The notes below the pieces were generated by a model. It made no database searches. It saw only the letters and a program-made list of their open reading frames with translations, and was not told the DNA's origin. DNA of 64,000 nucleotides, from positions 12,428 to 76,427 of the forward strand of contig JAVVEA010000018.1 of NCBI GenBank assembly GCA_032250835.1, in the 5' to 3' direction. The stretch is from a bacterium. GTDB lineage: Bacteria; SAR324; XYD2-FULL-50-16. Positions within the stretch are counted from its first letter, which is position 1; each line of letters begins with the position of its first letter. The position numbers were made by a program, and so were the translations under genes. Positions 9,288 to 20,330 of the stretch are shown here, piece by piece.

Positions 9288-12134
9288 CTACCGGATCAAT
9301 TCTCTTATATTTTTCACCCACTGAGGAAACTCTTCCAACATTTTTGGCAAGCGCTGCAAATCAAATAATTGAGCCGCCACCTCCAATTGTTGCCCCCATT
9401 CGCTCAAGCCGCTACAACCGGCCGCTTCACCCAATTCGGCTACCCCTCGGGCAAAGTCTTCAACTTGGTTGATCACGCTTAAGTCGCGTACCGCTTCGAA
9501 GCGCCCCATAAACTCCCCTTCTAGCTGCTGGGCCAGCCACTCGGCCTGTTGCGGGTTGCTGAGCAATCCAGCGGCCTGGGGCTTGGGCGCTACCCGAGCC
9601 GCAGCCCCACGATCCGGCTCCAGGGCCTCTAATTCCACATAATCCAGATAACCCATCAGCTGAAAGAAGAGAGCTTGCTTAGAAAGCGGCTTGTGTAAAT
9701 AGTCACTAAAGTGCTTTCGGATCTGTTCTTCTGTTGAACGCATTACCGAAGCGGTCACACAGATAACCGGAATATCCTGGGTGCTCGCGTCTTCTTTGAG
9801 TTCTATGGCCGCGCTCATTCCGTCCAAGTGGGGCATTTTATAGTCCATCAGCACCAAGTCGGGCAATTGTTCTTTACAGATAGTTACCGCTTCTTGGCCA
9901 TTGTTGGCTTCAAAAAAGGTGATCGGTTGGCCTTCTAAAAAGCCTCGGATCAAGTCTCGATTCACCTTAATGTCGTCTGCAATCAGGATTTTAGCCGGTT
10001 CAAATCGGATTTCTTCAAGCCCCTCAACCTCCTGTGAGGTTTGCAGTTCCGCTTCTTCAGCGATGACCACCCGGGGCAACATGACGTAAAAATCACAACC
10101 CCGGCCCCGGTCGCTTTCAACCCAAATCCGTCCCCCCATCAACCGAACCAACCGCCGGCAGATGGCGAGCCCCAAGCCGGTGCCCCCAAACTTGGCGTGA
10201 CTTTGGCCGGGTTGCTGTTCAAAGGCTCCGAAGACGGTCTCGCAGTGTTCCTTGGCAATCCCCTGGCCCGTATCGGCCACCAAAATCTTAAGGTCCACCT
10301 GGCCTTCGGCTTTACCGGTTACCTCGACAGCGATCCGGATCTCGCCTGCCTCAGTGAATTTGATGGCGTTGCCCACCAAGTTCAATAACAGCTGGCGGAT
10401 TCGTCCCTCGTCTAGCAACAAAGCAGGCGGCAACGCGGGATCTAGCTCGTAGGAAAACTCCAACCCCTTCTCTGCAACCTTGTGAGCGAAGAGTTGCTTG
10501 AGGTCCTCGATCACCTGCCCCAAACTAACCGCCGAATGAACCAAGTTCAGCTTCCCAGCCTCAACCTTCGATAGGTCTAATATATCGCTGATCAATTCCA
10601 ATAGTGCCTTGCCTGCTTTGGTGATGCTCTGTAGGTAGGCCCGATTGTGCGGGTCTGTGACCCGACGGCTCAAGATTTCCGAAAAGCCCAGAATTGCGTT
10701 CATGGGGGTGCGGATTTCGTGGCTCATGTTGGCCAAAAACTCTGATTTAGCTTGAGTCGCTTCTTCGGCCTTTTCCTTGGCCCGGATCAATTCTATTTCC
10801 TGGGCCTCGCGTTGCAGCCAAATATTGATGGCCATAAAGATCACCGCACCTAGCCCTAATACCAACACCCCAAAGAAGATGAAGGTTTTTAGGCGCAGTT
10901 GCAACACTTGGTGGTCCAAATAGGCTTGCGGAACCCAAGCGATTAAAACCAGTCCTTTCGCCCCCCCGGTTTTCGCAGTGTGTTGGGCTTCTAAACCCAT
11001 ATAACGCTGGTAGGCGAGATCATAGTCTAGGCGGTCCACAAAAAACCAACCCTCGGCGGTTTCGATAAACTGCTGGTGAGCTCCATGGGAAAAAAGTTCG
11101 CGGGAAGCCTCAGGAAAGGGCTCGGCAAAATCCTGGCGGATGCTGAGCGCGTGGTCCGCCTTGTTCAACTCGATTTCATTATTGCCTGGGGCCCTTAAAA
11201 TCAGCTGATTTCGCTCGTCGAGCAGGATCAACTCCCCGACGCTTTGCTTTTGGAGTTGGTTAATCCCATGCACCAACCGGTTGGCCAGAAAATCAACCAG
11301 CAATACGCCCAAAAACCGGTCCCCCTCCCCCACGGCACTACGCCCGACCCGGATTGCATAATAAGAACCCTCTTCGTTTTTTCGTTGGAATTCTTTCAGC
11401 GAAGAAACATAAACCGCCGGGGCCTTGAGCTTGCGGATTTCTTGGAACGTCGCGTCCTGCGATAAATTGAGTAGCTCTTGAGGACTTCTCAACCGAGGAA
11501 GGTTATCTACATAGTCGATATGCAGCTTTTCTTGGCCCTGGGGATCAATGAAGCTCAGTTTTCCATAGCGGCGCGTGGCCGACAAAAAGGTGGAAAAGTC
11601 GCCAGATAGATAGGGGTATAACCCCTCATTGGTATCCTTAAAGACCTCAAAATGGCTGCTAAGATAGCTAATATCCGCAAAGGTCATGTCTATCTGATGG
11701 CGCAGATTACGCAGTTGGATTTCGTGGATTCTTTGGGTAGAGGTCTTCAATCCCTTTTGGACCTCTTCGAGTGCGCTGCGATAGTATCCCCCCATGACCA
11801 ACGCCACCACCAGGACCACCAAACCAAAGGGCGGAAGGAAAAGCTTGGTCATCCGTAGCCCATAATTGGCCACCTCGGCGCTGCCGATGTCAGGCATCTC
11901 TAGCAAGACACTGCTGCGGTCTTTTTTGACCACCAAGAAATAGGCGATAGGGGTCACCACCAAGGCCAGCAGACTAGAATCCAGCAGGGCCTCTAAAAGA
12001 GGGGTGCGGAACTCGCCGAACAGGGGGATGAATAACATGATCGCCATTTCGATGCTAAAGACCAACAGGCCAAGCTTGAGCATCATGGGGAGCAGATGAT
12101 TCGCTAGATCACGAACGTTTTTTTCCAGCGACAT
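9288..12134 (-). CDS. Membrane hybrid sensor histidine kinase (periplasmic Cache-like domain, HisKA, HATPase, REC)
   Basis: TM segments, [36 protein letters not shown]. Confidence 0.93.
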   Translation of the reverse strand: MSLEKNVRDLANHLLPMMLKLGLLVFSIEMAIMLFIPLFGEFRTPLLEALLDSSLLALVVTPIAYFLVVKKDRSSVLLEMPDIGSAEVANYGLRMTKLFLPPFGLVVLVVALVMGGYYRSALEEVQKGLKTSTQRIHEIQLRNLRHQIDMTFADISYLSSHFEVFKDTNEGLYPYLSGDFSTFLSATRRYGKLSFIDPQGQEKLHIDYVDNLPRLRSPQELLNLSQDATFQEIRKLKAPAVYVSSLKEFQRKNEEGSYYAIRVGRSAVGEGDRFLGVLLVDFLANRLVHGINQLQKQSVGELILLDERNQLILRAPGNNEIELNKADHALSIRQDFAEPFPEASRELFSHGAHQQFIETAEGWFFVDRLDYDLAYQRYMGLEAQHTAKTGGAKGLVLIAWVPQAYLDHQVLQLRLKTFIFFGVLVLGLGAVIFMAINIWLQREAQEIELIRAKEKAEEATQAKSEFLANMSHEIRTPMNAILGFSEILSRRVTDPHNRAYLQSITKAGKALLELISDILDLSKVEAGKLNLVHSAVSLGQVIEDLKQLFAHKVAEKGLEFSYELDPALPPALLLDEGRIRQLLLNLVGNAIKFTEAGEIRIAVEVTGKAEGQVDLKILVADTGQGIAKEHCETVFGAFEQQPGQSHAKFGGTGLGLAICRRLVRLMGGRIWVESDRGRGCDFYVMLPRVVIAEEAELQTSQEVEGLEEIRFEPAKILIADDIKVNRDLIRGFLEGQPITFFEANNGQEAVTICKEQLPDLVLMDYKMPHLDGMSAAIELKEDASTQDIPVICVTASVMRSTEEQIRKHFSDYLHKPLSKQALFFQLMGYLDYVELEALEPDRGAAARVAPKPQAAGLLSNPQQAEWLAQQLEGEFMGRFEAVRDLSVINQVEDFARGVAELGEAAGCSGLSEWGQQLEVAAQLFDLQRLPKMLEEFPQWVKNIRELIR

Positions 12135-12314
12135 GCCGATACCAGAGGGGGGTTCTCGGTTAGAGGAGGGTCCATACTATCAAAGGACCTGACGCTTGTC
12201 CATTTGCCAAGTATCGCTGGACTCAATTTATTCCATGGCCAAACCGTTTCTCTGCTTTACCAAAAGGCCTTGGGGGCTTCAGAGTAGAGTCCGTACCCTC
12301 CCATAGATCTATTT

Positions 12315-13673
12315 ATGCAAGCCCGACTCACTACCGGCCCCGTCTTACCCAGTTTGCTTAAAATGGCGGCCCCCATGAGCCTGGGGATTGTGGCGATGAT
12401 CGCCTTCAATCTGGCCGATACTTGGTTTATTGCCCAATTAGGCCCGGTGCCGCTAGCGGCGGTGAGCTTTACCTTCCCGGTGGTTTTCAGTTTCGCCAGC
12501 CTAGCCATGGGCCTAGGTCAAGGCACCACCTCGGTGATCAGCCGCGCCATCGGTGAGTCGGACCCCGAAAAGGTGCGGCGGCTGACTACCGACGCCTTGC
12601 TGCTGGCGCTAATGGTGGTCGGGGCCAGCATGCTGTTGGGTTACGCAACCCTGGGGCCCCTGTTCCGTTTGCTCGGAGCCAACGAAAAGATCCGCCCCTT
12701 GGTGTTGCAATACATGCATATTTGGTATGGGGGCCTCTTTTTCACCATTGTGCCCATGGTTGGCAACAGCGCCATCCGCGCCAGCGGCGACATGAAATAT
12801 CCGGCTTTGATCATGACCCTAGCGGCCTTGGGTAACGTGGTCTTAGACCCCATCCTGATCTTCGGGCTCTTTGGTTTTCCTCCCCTGGGCTTAGCTGGCG
12901 CAGCCTGGGCCACACTGATTTCCAGGGCGGCCACGCTGGTCGCCTCGGTCAGTCTGTTGCATTTTAAGTATGGCATGCTCGATTGGAGTCGGCCCAACCT
13001 GGACCGCCTTTGGACCAGTTGGAAGCCTATACTCAAGGTGGGGCTTCCCGCAGCGGGTTCAAACCTGCTACAGCCCTTAAGTATCGGCGTGATCACGGCG
13101 CTAGTGGCCCATGAAGGGGTGGGGGCCGTGGCCGGATATGGGATCGCCGGGCGCATCGAGGCCTTGGCCCTGGTCCCTTTAATGGGTCTGGGCGCAGCCT
13201 TAGGGCCCTTTGCGGGACAAAATTGGGGGGCCAACCAGCGCGGTCGGGTCGCCCAAGGGGTCTATCTCGGGTTTGGGATCGCTCTGGTTTGGGGTTTGGT
13301 TTGGGGCTTGGTGGGCTTTTCTGCGGGCCCTTGGCTGGTCCGGTTATTTCAGAGTGACCCGGCGGTGGTCTCCGTGGGGGCCCAGTATTTGGCCTTGGTC
13401 CCCTTCGGGATGGGATTTTTTGGGGTCAGGGCGCTGACGGCCAGCTATTTTAATGCTCTCGGCCGACCTTTGGCCCCCACGCTGTTGGTGGGGATCCAAT
13501 TTTTGGTCTTGCAACTTCCCTTGGCCTTTTTGCTCCAAAGCAGCTTTGGCCTGATCGGGTTGTTCGGTTCGACCCTGATCGCCTACGTAGGCACGGGTAC
13601 ACTCGCGGCCCTTTGGACGCGGCGTTCGCTTAACTTGGCCCTGAGCCAATCTCAACCTGGAGTCACCTCATGA
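12315..13673 (+). CDS. MATE family efflux transporter
   Basis: 452 aa, about 12 TM, FNLADTWFIAQLG, GNVVLDPILIFG. Confidence 0.93.
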   Translation: MQARLTTGPVLPSLLKMAAPMSLGIVAMIAFNLADTWFIAQLGPVPLAAVSFTFPVVFSFASLAMGLGQGTTSVISRAIGESDPEKVRRLTTDALLLALMVVGASMLLGYATLGPLFRLLGANEKIRPLVLQYMHIWYGGLFFTIVPMVGNSAIRASGDMKYPALIMTLAALGNVVLDPILIFGLFGFPPLGLAGAAWATLISRAATLVASVSLLHFKYGMLDWSRPNLDRLWTSWKPILKVGLPAAGSNLLQPLSIGVITALVAHEGVGAVAGYGIAGRIEALALVPLMGLGAALGPFAGQNWGANQRGRVAQGVYLGFGIALVWGLVWGLVGFSAGPWLVRLFQSDPAVVSVGAQYLALVPFGMGFFGVRALTASYFNALGRPLAPTLLVGIQFLVLQLPLAFLLQSSFGLIGLFGSTLIAYVGTGTLAALWTRRSLNLALSQSQPGVTS

Positions 13674-14137
13674 AGACCCTGACTTGGACCCTCTTTGCCT
13701 TATTTTTAACCCTACCCGCCCAAGCGTTAGAACCGCCGCAATCAGTCGGCAGTTGGCACCTGGGCGGCTTGGTGATGCGCAAATATGCCACCGTGCGCGC
13801 CATCAAGGACCCCAAGGTAGAAGGGGTGATTTGCCACTACCTCTTTGTAGATAAAAAGTTATCCTTTGAAGACCCCTCGGACGCGGCTATAGCTTGCCGC
13901 CGTTCCGGTCCAATCCGCTTTTTGGAGCCTTTGGACCTAAGCGACGAAGGGGAGGTGATCAGCCAGGAAGGACGCGATCTTTTCTTTAAAACCTTCCGCA
14001 TCCGCCGCTTGGTAGACCCAAAAAATCGCACCTTGGTCTACGCCACCTATACCCAAGAATTGATTGATGGTTCCAATAAAGTGTCTTTAAGCACCGTGGT
14101 ATTAGACCCAAGCGAGGCATTGCCGCAGTCCAAATAA
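13670..14137 (+). CDS. creA: CreA family protein
   Basis: Signal peptide, DPKVEGVICH, EDPSDAAIACRRSGPI. Confidence 0.85.
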   Translation: MKTLTWTLFALFLTLPAQALEPPQSVGSWHLGGLVMRKYATVRAIKDPKVEGVICHYLFVDKKLSFEDPSDAAIACRRSGPIRFLEPLDLSDEGEVISQEGRDLFFKTFRIRRLVDPKNRTLVYATYTQELIDGSNKVSLSTVVLDPSEALPQSK

Positions 14138-14214
14138 ACGCTTGGGGCTTCGGATTTCCTATGTTAACGTTAGGTTATGGCTGTTGTCTTTGTGATTAAC
14201 TCTGGAGCACCCTA

Positions 14215-16167
14215 ATGCCGCGTATCATGCTCGTCGATGACGACCCCAACATCCACCTAATTTACCAAAAGCAATTTGAGGCGGAATTTGCGCCGGGCAC
14301 CTACCAATTGATCCATTGCGACAACGGGGAAGAGGCGCTGGCTCAGCTAGAGCAGCAGCCCGTTGAGTTGCTGTTGACCGACCTACACATGCCGGTCATG
14401 GACGGTTTGCAATTACTCAAAAAGGTCCGTCTGAGTTATCCCGAAACACTCACCCTGGTGGTATCGGGCTTTGATGAGATGGACAACCTGCGCGCGGCCA
14501 TGAACGCGGGAGCCTTCGACTTTCTGACCAAACCCGTCGACTTTGCCGATCTGGCCCTGACCGTGCGGCGCGCTCTTGAGGCCCACAAAGAGCGGCACCA
14601 GATGGTGTTTGAGAAGAGCCGGGCCGAAGCGGGCCTCAAACGGTTCGCCAAAACCCTGGACCTCAGCCGAAACGGCCTTTTCCTGGCCACCCCAGAAGGC
14701 TATCAAGTCATTTACGCCAACCGAGGCGGGCTCGATATGCTGGGTCTGAGCGCAGAAGTAGCCTTAAAGACCGATCTATTCGGCCTTTTAAAGGGGCTCT
14801 CGCGCAGTTGGTTGACCGAACAGCTCAAAGCGCTCAGCTCCGGGCGTCTGCCCAAAGCTGAGTTTGAATGGACCCCGCCGGGCGGGCCCCCAATCGAAGG
14901 GACCTTGCAGTTTGTTCAACTAGGACCCAAGGAAGGTCGTTTTCTGATCAACCTGTTAGACATCTCAAAACGCCAAGCCTTTAAATCCCAGCACCAAATG
15001 CTTGCCAAGGCGGTAGAGCAGGTAGGTGATTTGGTCCTGATCACCGATAAAGAGGGGCATATCCTCTATGTAAACCCCGCCTTTGAGCAGACCACCGGCT
15101 ACAGCGCGGCTGAGGTAATCGGCAAGACGCCGAGCCTGCTAAAAAGCGGAAGACACTCCGCAGAGTTTTACGATGAAATATGGAAAACCCTGCTTTCGGG
15201 GGCTTCTTGGCAAGGCGAGTTTATCGACAAGAAAAAAAACGGAAAATTCTTTTGGGCCGAGGCGACCCTCTCGCCGGTGACCGATGAAAAGGGCGAAATC
15301 CAGCAGTTCTTCAGCGTCAGCCGCGACAAAACCCAGGAGCGCAAGGTACAAGCCCAGATGCTGCAATCCCAAAAGATGGAAAGCATCGGCACCTTAGCCG
15401 GCGGAATCGCCCACGAGATCAACAACCCCATCGGCTTTGTCTATTCTAACGTCAACAGCCTACAAGGCTATTTAGCCGACTTTTTGGGCCTGCTGAAACT
15501 TTACCACGACCTAGAAGTCTTCATCGAGCCGAGCGACGAAAAGACCAAGGCCTTGCTGCGCGAAATAGAAGCCCGGAAAAAGAAAATCGACCTAGACTTC
15601 CTGATCAGCGACCTGCCGGGCCTCGTTAAAGACACCCTCGACGGGGCCGAGCGGGTCAAGGGGATCGTCAGCAACCTACGCGAATTCAGCCACACAGGCT
15701 CCGGGCAAATGACCCGCAGCGACCTCAACGAAGGGATCAAAAAGACCCTAAGACTACTCTCTAACGAGCTGAAATACAAAACCGACCTCCACTTAGACTT
15801 AGGTAAGCTGGAGCCGGTTCTCTGTTACCCCCAAGAGATCAATCAGGTTTTTTTGAACTTGATCCTCAATGCCATACAAGCCATTGAAGACCATGGTAAA
15901 CTCACCATCCGCAGTTCACAAGATGGCGACTGGGCGGTGATCAAGATCAAAGACACGGGCTGTGGCATTGCCGAAGAGAACCTCCCGCGTCTCTTTGAGC
16001 CCTTTTATACCACCAAAGGCGTGGGCCAAGGGACCGGCCTGGGGCTTTCGGTTTCTTATAATATCGTCAAAAAACACAAGGGGAAGATCTTGGTGGAAAG
16101 CAAATTGGGTATTGGGACCCAGTTTACGGTCCGGCTCCCGCTGAATCCGGAAAAGGTAGAAAACTAA
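14215..16167 (+). CDS. REC-PAS-PAS histidine kinase (NtrB-like)
   Basis: N-terminal REC, PAS, GGIAHEINNP, FEPFYTTK, GTGLGL. Confidence 0.92.
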   Translation: MPRIMLVDDDPNIHLIYQKQFEAEFAPGTYQLIHCDNGEEALAQLEQQPVELLLTDLHMPVMDGLQLLKKVRLSYPETLTLVVSGFDEMDNLRAAMNAGAFDFLTKPVDFADLALTVRRALEAHKERHQMVFEKSRAEAGLKRFAKTLDLSRNGLFLATPEGYQVIYANRGGLDMLGLSAEVALKTDLFGLLKGLSRSWLTEQLKALSSGRLPKAEFEWTPPGGPPIEGTLQFVQLGPKEGRFLINLLDISKRQAFKSQHQMLAKAVEQVGDLVLITDKEGHILYVNPAFEQTTGYSAAEVIGKTPSLLKSGRHSAEFYDEIWKTLLSGASWQGEFIDKKKNGKFFWAEATLSPVTDEKGEIQQFFSVSRDKTQERKVQAQMLQSQKMESIGTLAGGIAHEINNPIGFVYSNVNSLQGYLADFLGLLKLYHDLEVFIEPSDEKTKALLREIEARKKKIDLDFLISDLPGLVKDTLDGAERVKGIVSNLREFSHTGSGQMTRSDLNEGIKKTLRLLSNELKYKTDLHLDLGKLEPVLCYPQEINQVFLNLILNAIQAIEDHGKLTIRSSQDGDWAVIKIKDTGCGIAEENLPRLFEPFYTTKGVGQGTGLGLSVSYNIVKKHKGKILVESKLGIGTQFTVRLPLNPEKVEN

Positions 16168-16180
16168 TCTTCAGGTACCT

Positions 16181-17563
16181 ATGGAGCTTTTGAGCCAGCT
16201 TAAAACAGAACTTTCCAAGGACCTCAAGGTCTTGGTGGTCGATGACGAACCCCAAATCCTTTCAGCGCTGCGGCGCGAACTGCGCGGCCAGGACTTTGAG
16301 GTCCTCTGCATCGGCGACCCTTTTGATGCGCTTGAAGCAGTGCACAACCAAGAATTTGCGGTCATTCTTTCGGACAACATGATGCCCGGCATGACGGGCC
16401 TTGAGTTCCTAGCTAAGGCCAAGACCATCGCCCCGGCAACCAAGCGCATTTTACTGACCGGCAAGACCGACCAAACAGCAGCCATCGACGCCTTCAACCA
16501 AGGGGTGATCCACCGATTTTTAGACAAACCCTGGTCCAAGGAACACCTTTTAGCGATCCTCAAAGAGGATTTGGACAACTACTTGGTCGGCAAGATGGAA
16601 AAGCGGCTGGACCAACTGAAAACCCAAACGATCCAACGGCGCACCGACGAGCTAGAGGCCATGCGGCGCGAATTAGCCGAGGCCCGCACCGAGCTGGGCC
16701 TGGAAAAGGACGGACAGAAGACCTTGGTAATGCCGGGGCCGCTGGCCCAACTCCGCTACTTGATTGTGGACCCGCACCAGGGCACCGCAGAGGGATTGCA
16801 AAAGATCCTCAAGGCCTCGGGCGTAAAGCAGGTGGATGTGGCCACCAACGGCTTAGAGGGGCTGCAAAAGGCGACGGCCGAAGACTCTGCTTATGACGTG
16901 GTCTTAAGCGAATGGGAATTGGGCAAGATCAGCGGGTTGACGCTGCTGAAGGCGTTGCGCGAACGGACCGAGTTGCCGGTGCAGCCCTTTTTTATTTTCA
17001 TCACCAGCTTGGTCAACCGGGCTTCGGTGGAATATGCGCACGTGGCCCACGCCGACGGATACCTACTCAAGCCCTTTGAGTTAGAGCGGCTGATCCAGCA
17101 ATTAAGCCTCTTGACCGCCGAGACCGGTCGTCCCCGCCGCACGGTGCACAGCCTCAAACATTTAACGGTCTTAGTAGCCAACAAAGAGGCGGGCAAACGG
17201 CTGTTCATCCAAAAGTGCTTGGGTGATGTGGAGGTAAAAAAATATGTACTCGCCGATTCGGGCAATAAGGCCCTAAAGCTGTTGATCCATGAAAAAATCG
17301 ACGTGATCCTCTACGATGCCACCATCACGGATCCTTCTTGGGAGCAGTTGCAGGGCAAGCTAGCCAATATCGGAGCCGACCATGGCCAGCCCATGGTGAT
17401 CACCGGATACGACCCGCCGGAGCCCAAGCTCCCAGTTGGCAGCGAAAAAACACTCCCTCCAGATGCCAAGCCTCAGCTTTTTTTGCCACCGGGCTTTTCC
17501 CAAGAAGACTTCAATCGGGCTCTGTTAGCGGCGCTCGAGAAGCTGAGCGGGGATAAGGGCTAG
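16181..17563 (+). CDS. Multi-receiver response regulator (three REC-like domains)
   Basis: VLVVDDE..ILSDNMMP; second REC YLIVDP..VLSEW..YLLKP; third degenerate REC. Confidence 0.82.
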   Translation: MELLSQLKTELSKDLKVLVVDDEPQILSALRRELRGQDFEVLCIGDPFDALEAVHNQEFAVILSDNMMPGMTGLEFLAKAKTIAPATKRILLTGKTDQTAAIDAFNQGVIHRFLDKPWSKEHLLAILKEDLDNYLVGKMEKRLDQLKTQTIQRRTDELEAMRRELAEARTELGLEKDGQKTLVMPGPLAQLRYLIVDPHQGTAEGLQKILKASGVKQVDVATNGLEGLQKATAEDSAYDVVLSEWELGKISGLTLLKALRERTELPVQPFFIFITSLVNRASVEYAHVAHADGYLLKPFELERLIQQLSLLTAETGRPRRTVHSLKHLTVLVANKEAGKRLFIQKCLGDVEVKKYVLADSGNKALKLLIHEKIDVILYDATITDPSWEQLQGKLANIGADHGQPMVITGYDPPEPKLPVGSEKTLPPDAKPQLFLPPGFSQEDFNRALLAALEKLSGDKG

Positions 17564-17663
17564 CGTGCTTTGTTGCCATAGCTCTCAAGCCAAATGAGCC
17601 CCATTGGGTCACTCGCAACGACCCGCAGAAAAAAGCCACAGCATAAGACTTAAGAGCTTCTAA

Positions 17664-17699
17664 TTCCCTAGCCCTCTCCAATCGGACTGGGCTAGGGAA
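17664..17699. terminator. 11-bp inverted repeat hairpin (terminator-like)
   Basis: TTCCCTAGCCC...GGGCTAGGGAA. Confidence 0.5.
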
Positions 17700-17778
17700 A
17701 TGGTTCTTGAATTCACCCTATTTTAGGAATACTCTTAAACTTAAAATAACAAGCTCCACTATTTTAGGTTAGGTCGGG

Positions 17779-18942
17779 ATGAAAAGAGAACGCCAAGGCA
17801 GGTTGCACACCACGCTCACCTTAGGGGAAGCCGTTGAGGCTTTTGTCCCTTCGCCTCTGCCCCCAAGCCCATCAATCGATTGGACAACGGAGCTTCAGGT
17901 ACAATTTGCCAAAGCCAATCGTGCTCTTGGCGGGTTAGATCAGGTCTCCTCTCTCTTGCCCAATCCGGCCTTATTTATTTATACCTACATCCGCAAAGAG
18001 GCGGTTCTTTCTTCGCAAATTGAAGGCACCCAGTCCTCACTTTCAGACCTTTTGAGCTACGAAGCCGGTGGGCACCCTGGTGTACCTCTGGATGACGTCG
18101 AGGAAGTTAGTTGTTATGTGGCAGCCCTTAACCACGGACTGGAGCGAATTCGCTCGGGCTTCCCGCTCTCTAACCGACTGTTCAAGGAAATCCATCGGAA
18201 GCTGCTGGGTTCTGGCCGGGGTAGCAACAAATTACCCGGTGAATTTCGAAGGAGTCAAAATTGGATCGGAGGCACTCGCCCCGGCAATGCCCACTTTGTG
18301 CCACCGCCGCCGGAAGCTCTGGCGGAATGTATGGGGGGATTGGAGAAGTTCCTTCACGGCGAGCCCGCCCAAACACCTACACTGGTAAAAGCGGCCTTGG
18401 TGCATCTTCAGTTTGAAACAATCCACCCCTTTTTAGATGGAAACGGTCGGTTGGGCCGGTTGCTCATCACGCTTCTCTTGTGCGCTGAAGGAGTGTTAAA
18501 GGAGCCCCTTCTTTACCTTAGTCTGTTCTTCAAGACCCACCGAACAACCTACTACCAAATGCTGGACCAAGTCCGACAAGATGGCGATTGGGAGGCCTGG
18601 TTATCCTTCTTTGCCGAAGCGGTCACGTCAACGGCAGAGCAAGCAACCACAACGGCAAGAGCGCTATTCATGCTCGTGGATAAGCACCAGGAGCAAATAC
18701 TGCTGGCCCGACCCAAGATGAAAAACAGCCTTTCTCTCCTCTTTCCAATCATCGCTCGAAAGCTGGTGGTGACTTCGGAGAGCTTAGTAAATGACTCGGA
18801 GTTAACGCCCGCAACGGTCAACGCTTGTTTAAGGGCGCTGACGGAACAAGGCATCATCGAAGAAACAACGGGCAAGAAAAGAGGTCGGGTGTTTTGCTAC
18901 ACCGCTTGTTTGGAGTTGCTGGATCGTGGGCTAGAAAAGTAA
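17779..18942 (+). CDS. Fic family protein (class II, N-terminal inhibitory motif, C-terminal HTH)
   Basis: HPFLDGNGRLGR catalytic motif; EAVLSSQIEGT. Confidence 0.93.
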   Translation: MKRERQGRLHTTLTLGEAVEAFVPSPLPPSPSIDWTTELQVQFAKANRALGGLDQVSSLLPNPALFIYTYIRKEAVLSSQIEGTQSSLSDLLSYEAGGHPGVPLDDVEEVSCYVAALNHGLERIRSGFPLSNRLFKEIHRKLLGSGRGSNKLPGEFRRSQNWIGGTRPGNAHFVPPPPEALAECMGGLEKFLHGEPAQTPTLVKAALVHLQFETIHPFLDGNGRLGRLLITLLLCAEGVLKEPLLYLSLFFKTHRTTYYQMLDQVRQDGDWEAWLSFFAEAVTSTAEQATTTARALFMLVDKHQEQILLARPKMKNSLSLLFPIIARKLVVTSESLVNDSELTPATVNACLRALTEQGIIEETTGKKRGRVFCYTACLELLDRGLEK

Positions 18943-19038
18943 TGGGTAGGGTCCAGTATATCAGGTGACAAATTGGTGTACTGTCACCGGATTTTATAAT
19001 CCAGCTTCTTGACAACGGGTTTTTAAAGTATGCAGGCC

Positions 19039-19359
19039 CTATTTAAGTCGCCAAGGCCCCTGGGCTTCTATTTGTTCAACCTTACCTTCGGCTTCTAGGG
19101 CATGAAGTATGGCAACAACGTAATATTGCTGCTGGGTAGAATTGGCTTTGGGGAGGTCGCCGAAGTCGAATCCACAGGCTCTGAAAATTTTCGCCTGCCG
19201 AATACCCTCTCTTCCGGCTTTACAATCTTCGTTGGCCAGCATGAATTCCAAAACCAATCGTTTTGCAGCACTACGCAATTCTTCACCGCGCTTTTCAAAT
19301 TCAGTCATCATTTTGTTGCAATCATGTTGTTTAACAATAGGCCACCTAAGATTGATCAT
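19039..19359 (-). CDS. Small hypothetical protein (possible winged helix)
   Basis: 106-aa ORF ending ILHALEAEGKVEQIEAQGPWRLK; start uncertain. Confidence 0.6.
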   Translation of the reverse strand: MINLRWPIVKQHDCNKMMTEFEKRGEELRSAAKRLVLEFMLANEDCKAGREGIRQAKIFRACGFDFGDLPKANSTQQQYYVVAILHALEAEGKVEQIEAQGPWRLK

Positions 19360-19494
19360 TATCCATAGGTTTTAATATGGCTATATGGAAACCTAGTGGC
19401 TAATTCCGAAAAAACCCTGTGACAGTTAGTCCATTTTCCTAATTCCGGTTCCCTGTCATCGGGCTTAGATATCCGGCAAAACCCGCTGGCCGCT

Positions 19495-20193
19495 CTAAAA
19501 CCCAACCAAGTGCGTGATCGCTCGTGCTATGCTGGTGATCTTGGTTTTGGAGGTATTGAAGCAGGCGTGGTAATGCTGGTGGTCGCTTAGGTCTGCGTTG
19601 AGGAATTCCCGAAAGAAGAGGGAGCTGGATTCTTGGGCTTCTAATACCGCAGCGGAGGCCTCATCTTTGCTGCATCCGGTGCGTAACATGTAGCTATTGA
19701 CTCGGTGCCATTCGGGCGCGTGGAGCCGAAAGTGGAAGCAATGGGGCAGGTCTTCGCAGATCACTGAGCCGCCGCGGCCCACGATGATCGCATGCCCGGC
19801 GCTGGCAATCGAAAAGATGGTGTCCGCAATCTTGCGGAAGTTGCCTTCTTGTTCTTCGCTCCAATTCCGGCTGAGCATCGCCTTCAGCCGATCTACCGCA
19901 CTGGCTTTATCGCCCAGGTGATCCAAAAACTCTTTGGTCATGTCGTATTCCGTTTCGAGCTTTTCGATCAGGCTCCGGTCAAAGATGGTCCATTGGTCGC
20001 CCGAGGCGTCTTCAAGCAGTTCCTTGAGCGCCACCGCCAAAGGGTAGCCTTCACAGCCATACTCGCGCGAAATGGTGATCGAGCGGCTGGACATAATCCG
20101 GTTTTCGGTTTCCGCTTCTTTAAGCGCCTTGGCCCGTTGCTGTTCTAGCCAGGCGGCAATCTTGCGGTCTAGTTCGTGGATTTCTCGGCTCAT
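19495..20193 (-). CDS. Cytidylate kinase-like family protein
   Basis: ITISREYGCEG, AIIVGRGG, HFRLHAP. Confidence 0.88.
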   Translation of the reverse strand: MSREIHELDRKIAAWLEQQRAKALKEAETENRIMSSRSITISREYGCEGYPLAVALKELLEDASGDQWTIFDRSLIEKLETEYDMTKEFLDHLGDKASAVDRLKAMLSRNWSEEQEGNFRKIADTIFSIASAGHAIIVGRGGSVICEDLPHCFHFRLHAPEWHRVNSYMLRTGCSKDEASAAVLEAQESSSLFFREFLNADLSDHQHYHACFNTSKTKITSIARAITHLVGF

Positions 20194-20330
20194 CTACCAC
20201 CCCCTGGTTGGTTCAATTGATTTCCGACGCCGAAAAAAGCAGCCAGAAAAAATTATTCACAGGAACTGGATAGTAGAATACCATGGCCTTATTGATTCGC
20301 AAAGACCTTTGATTCACCTTCAGGCACTGC

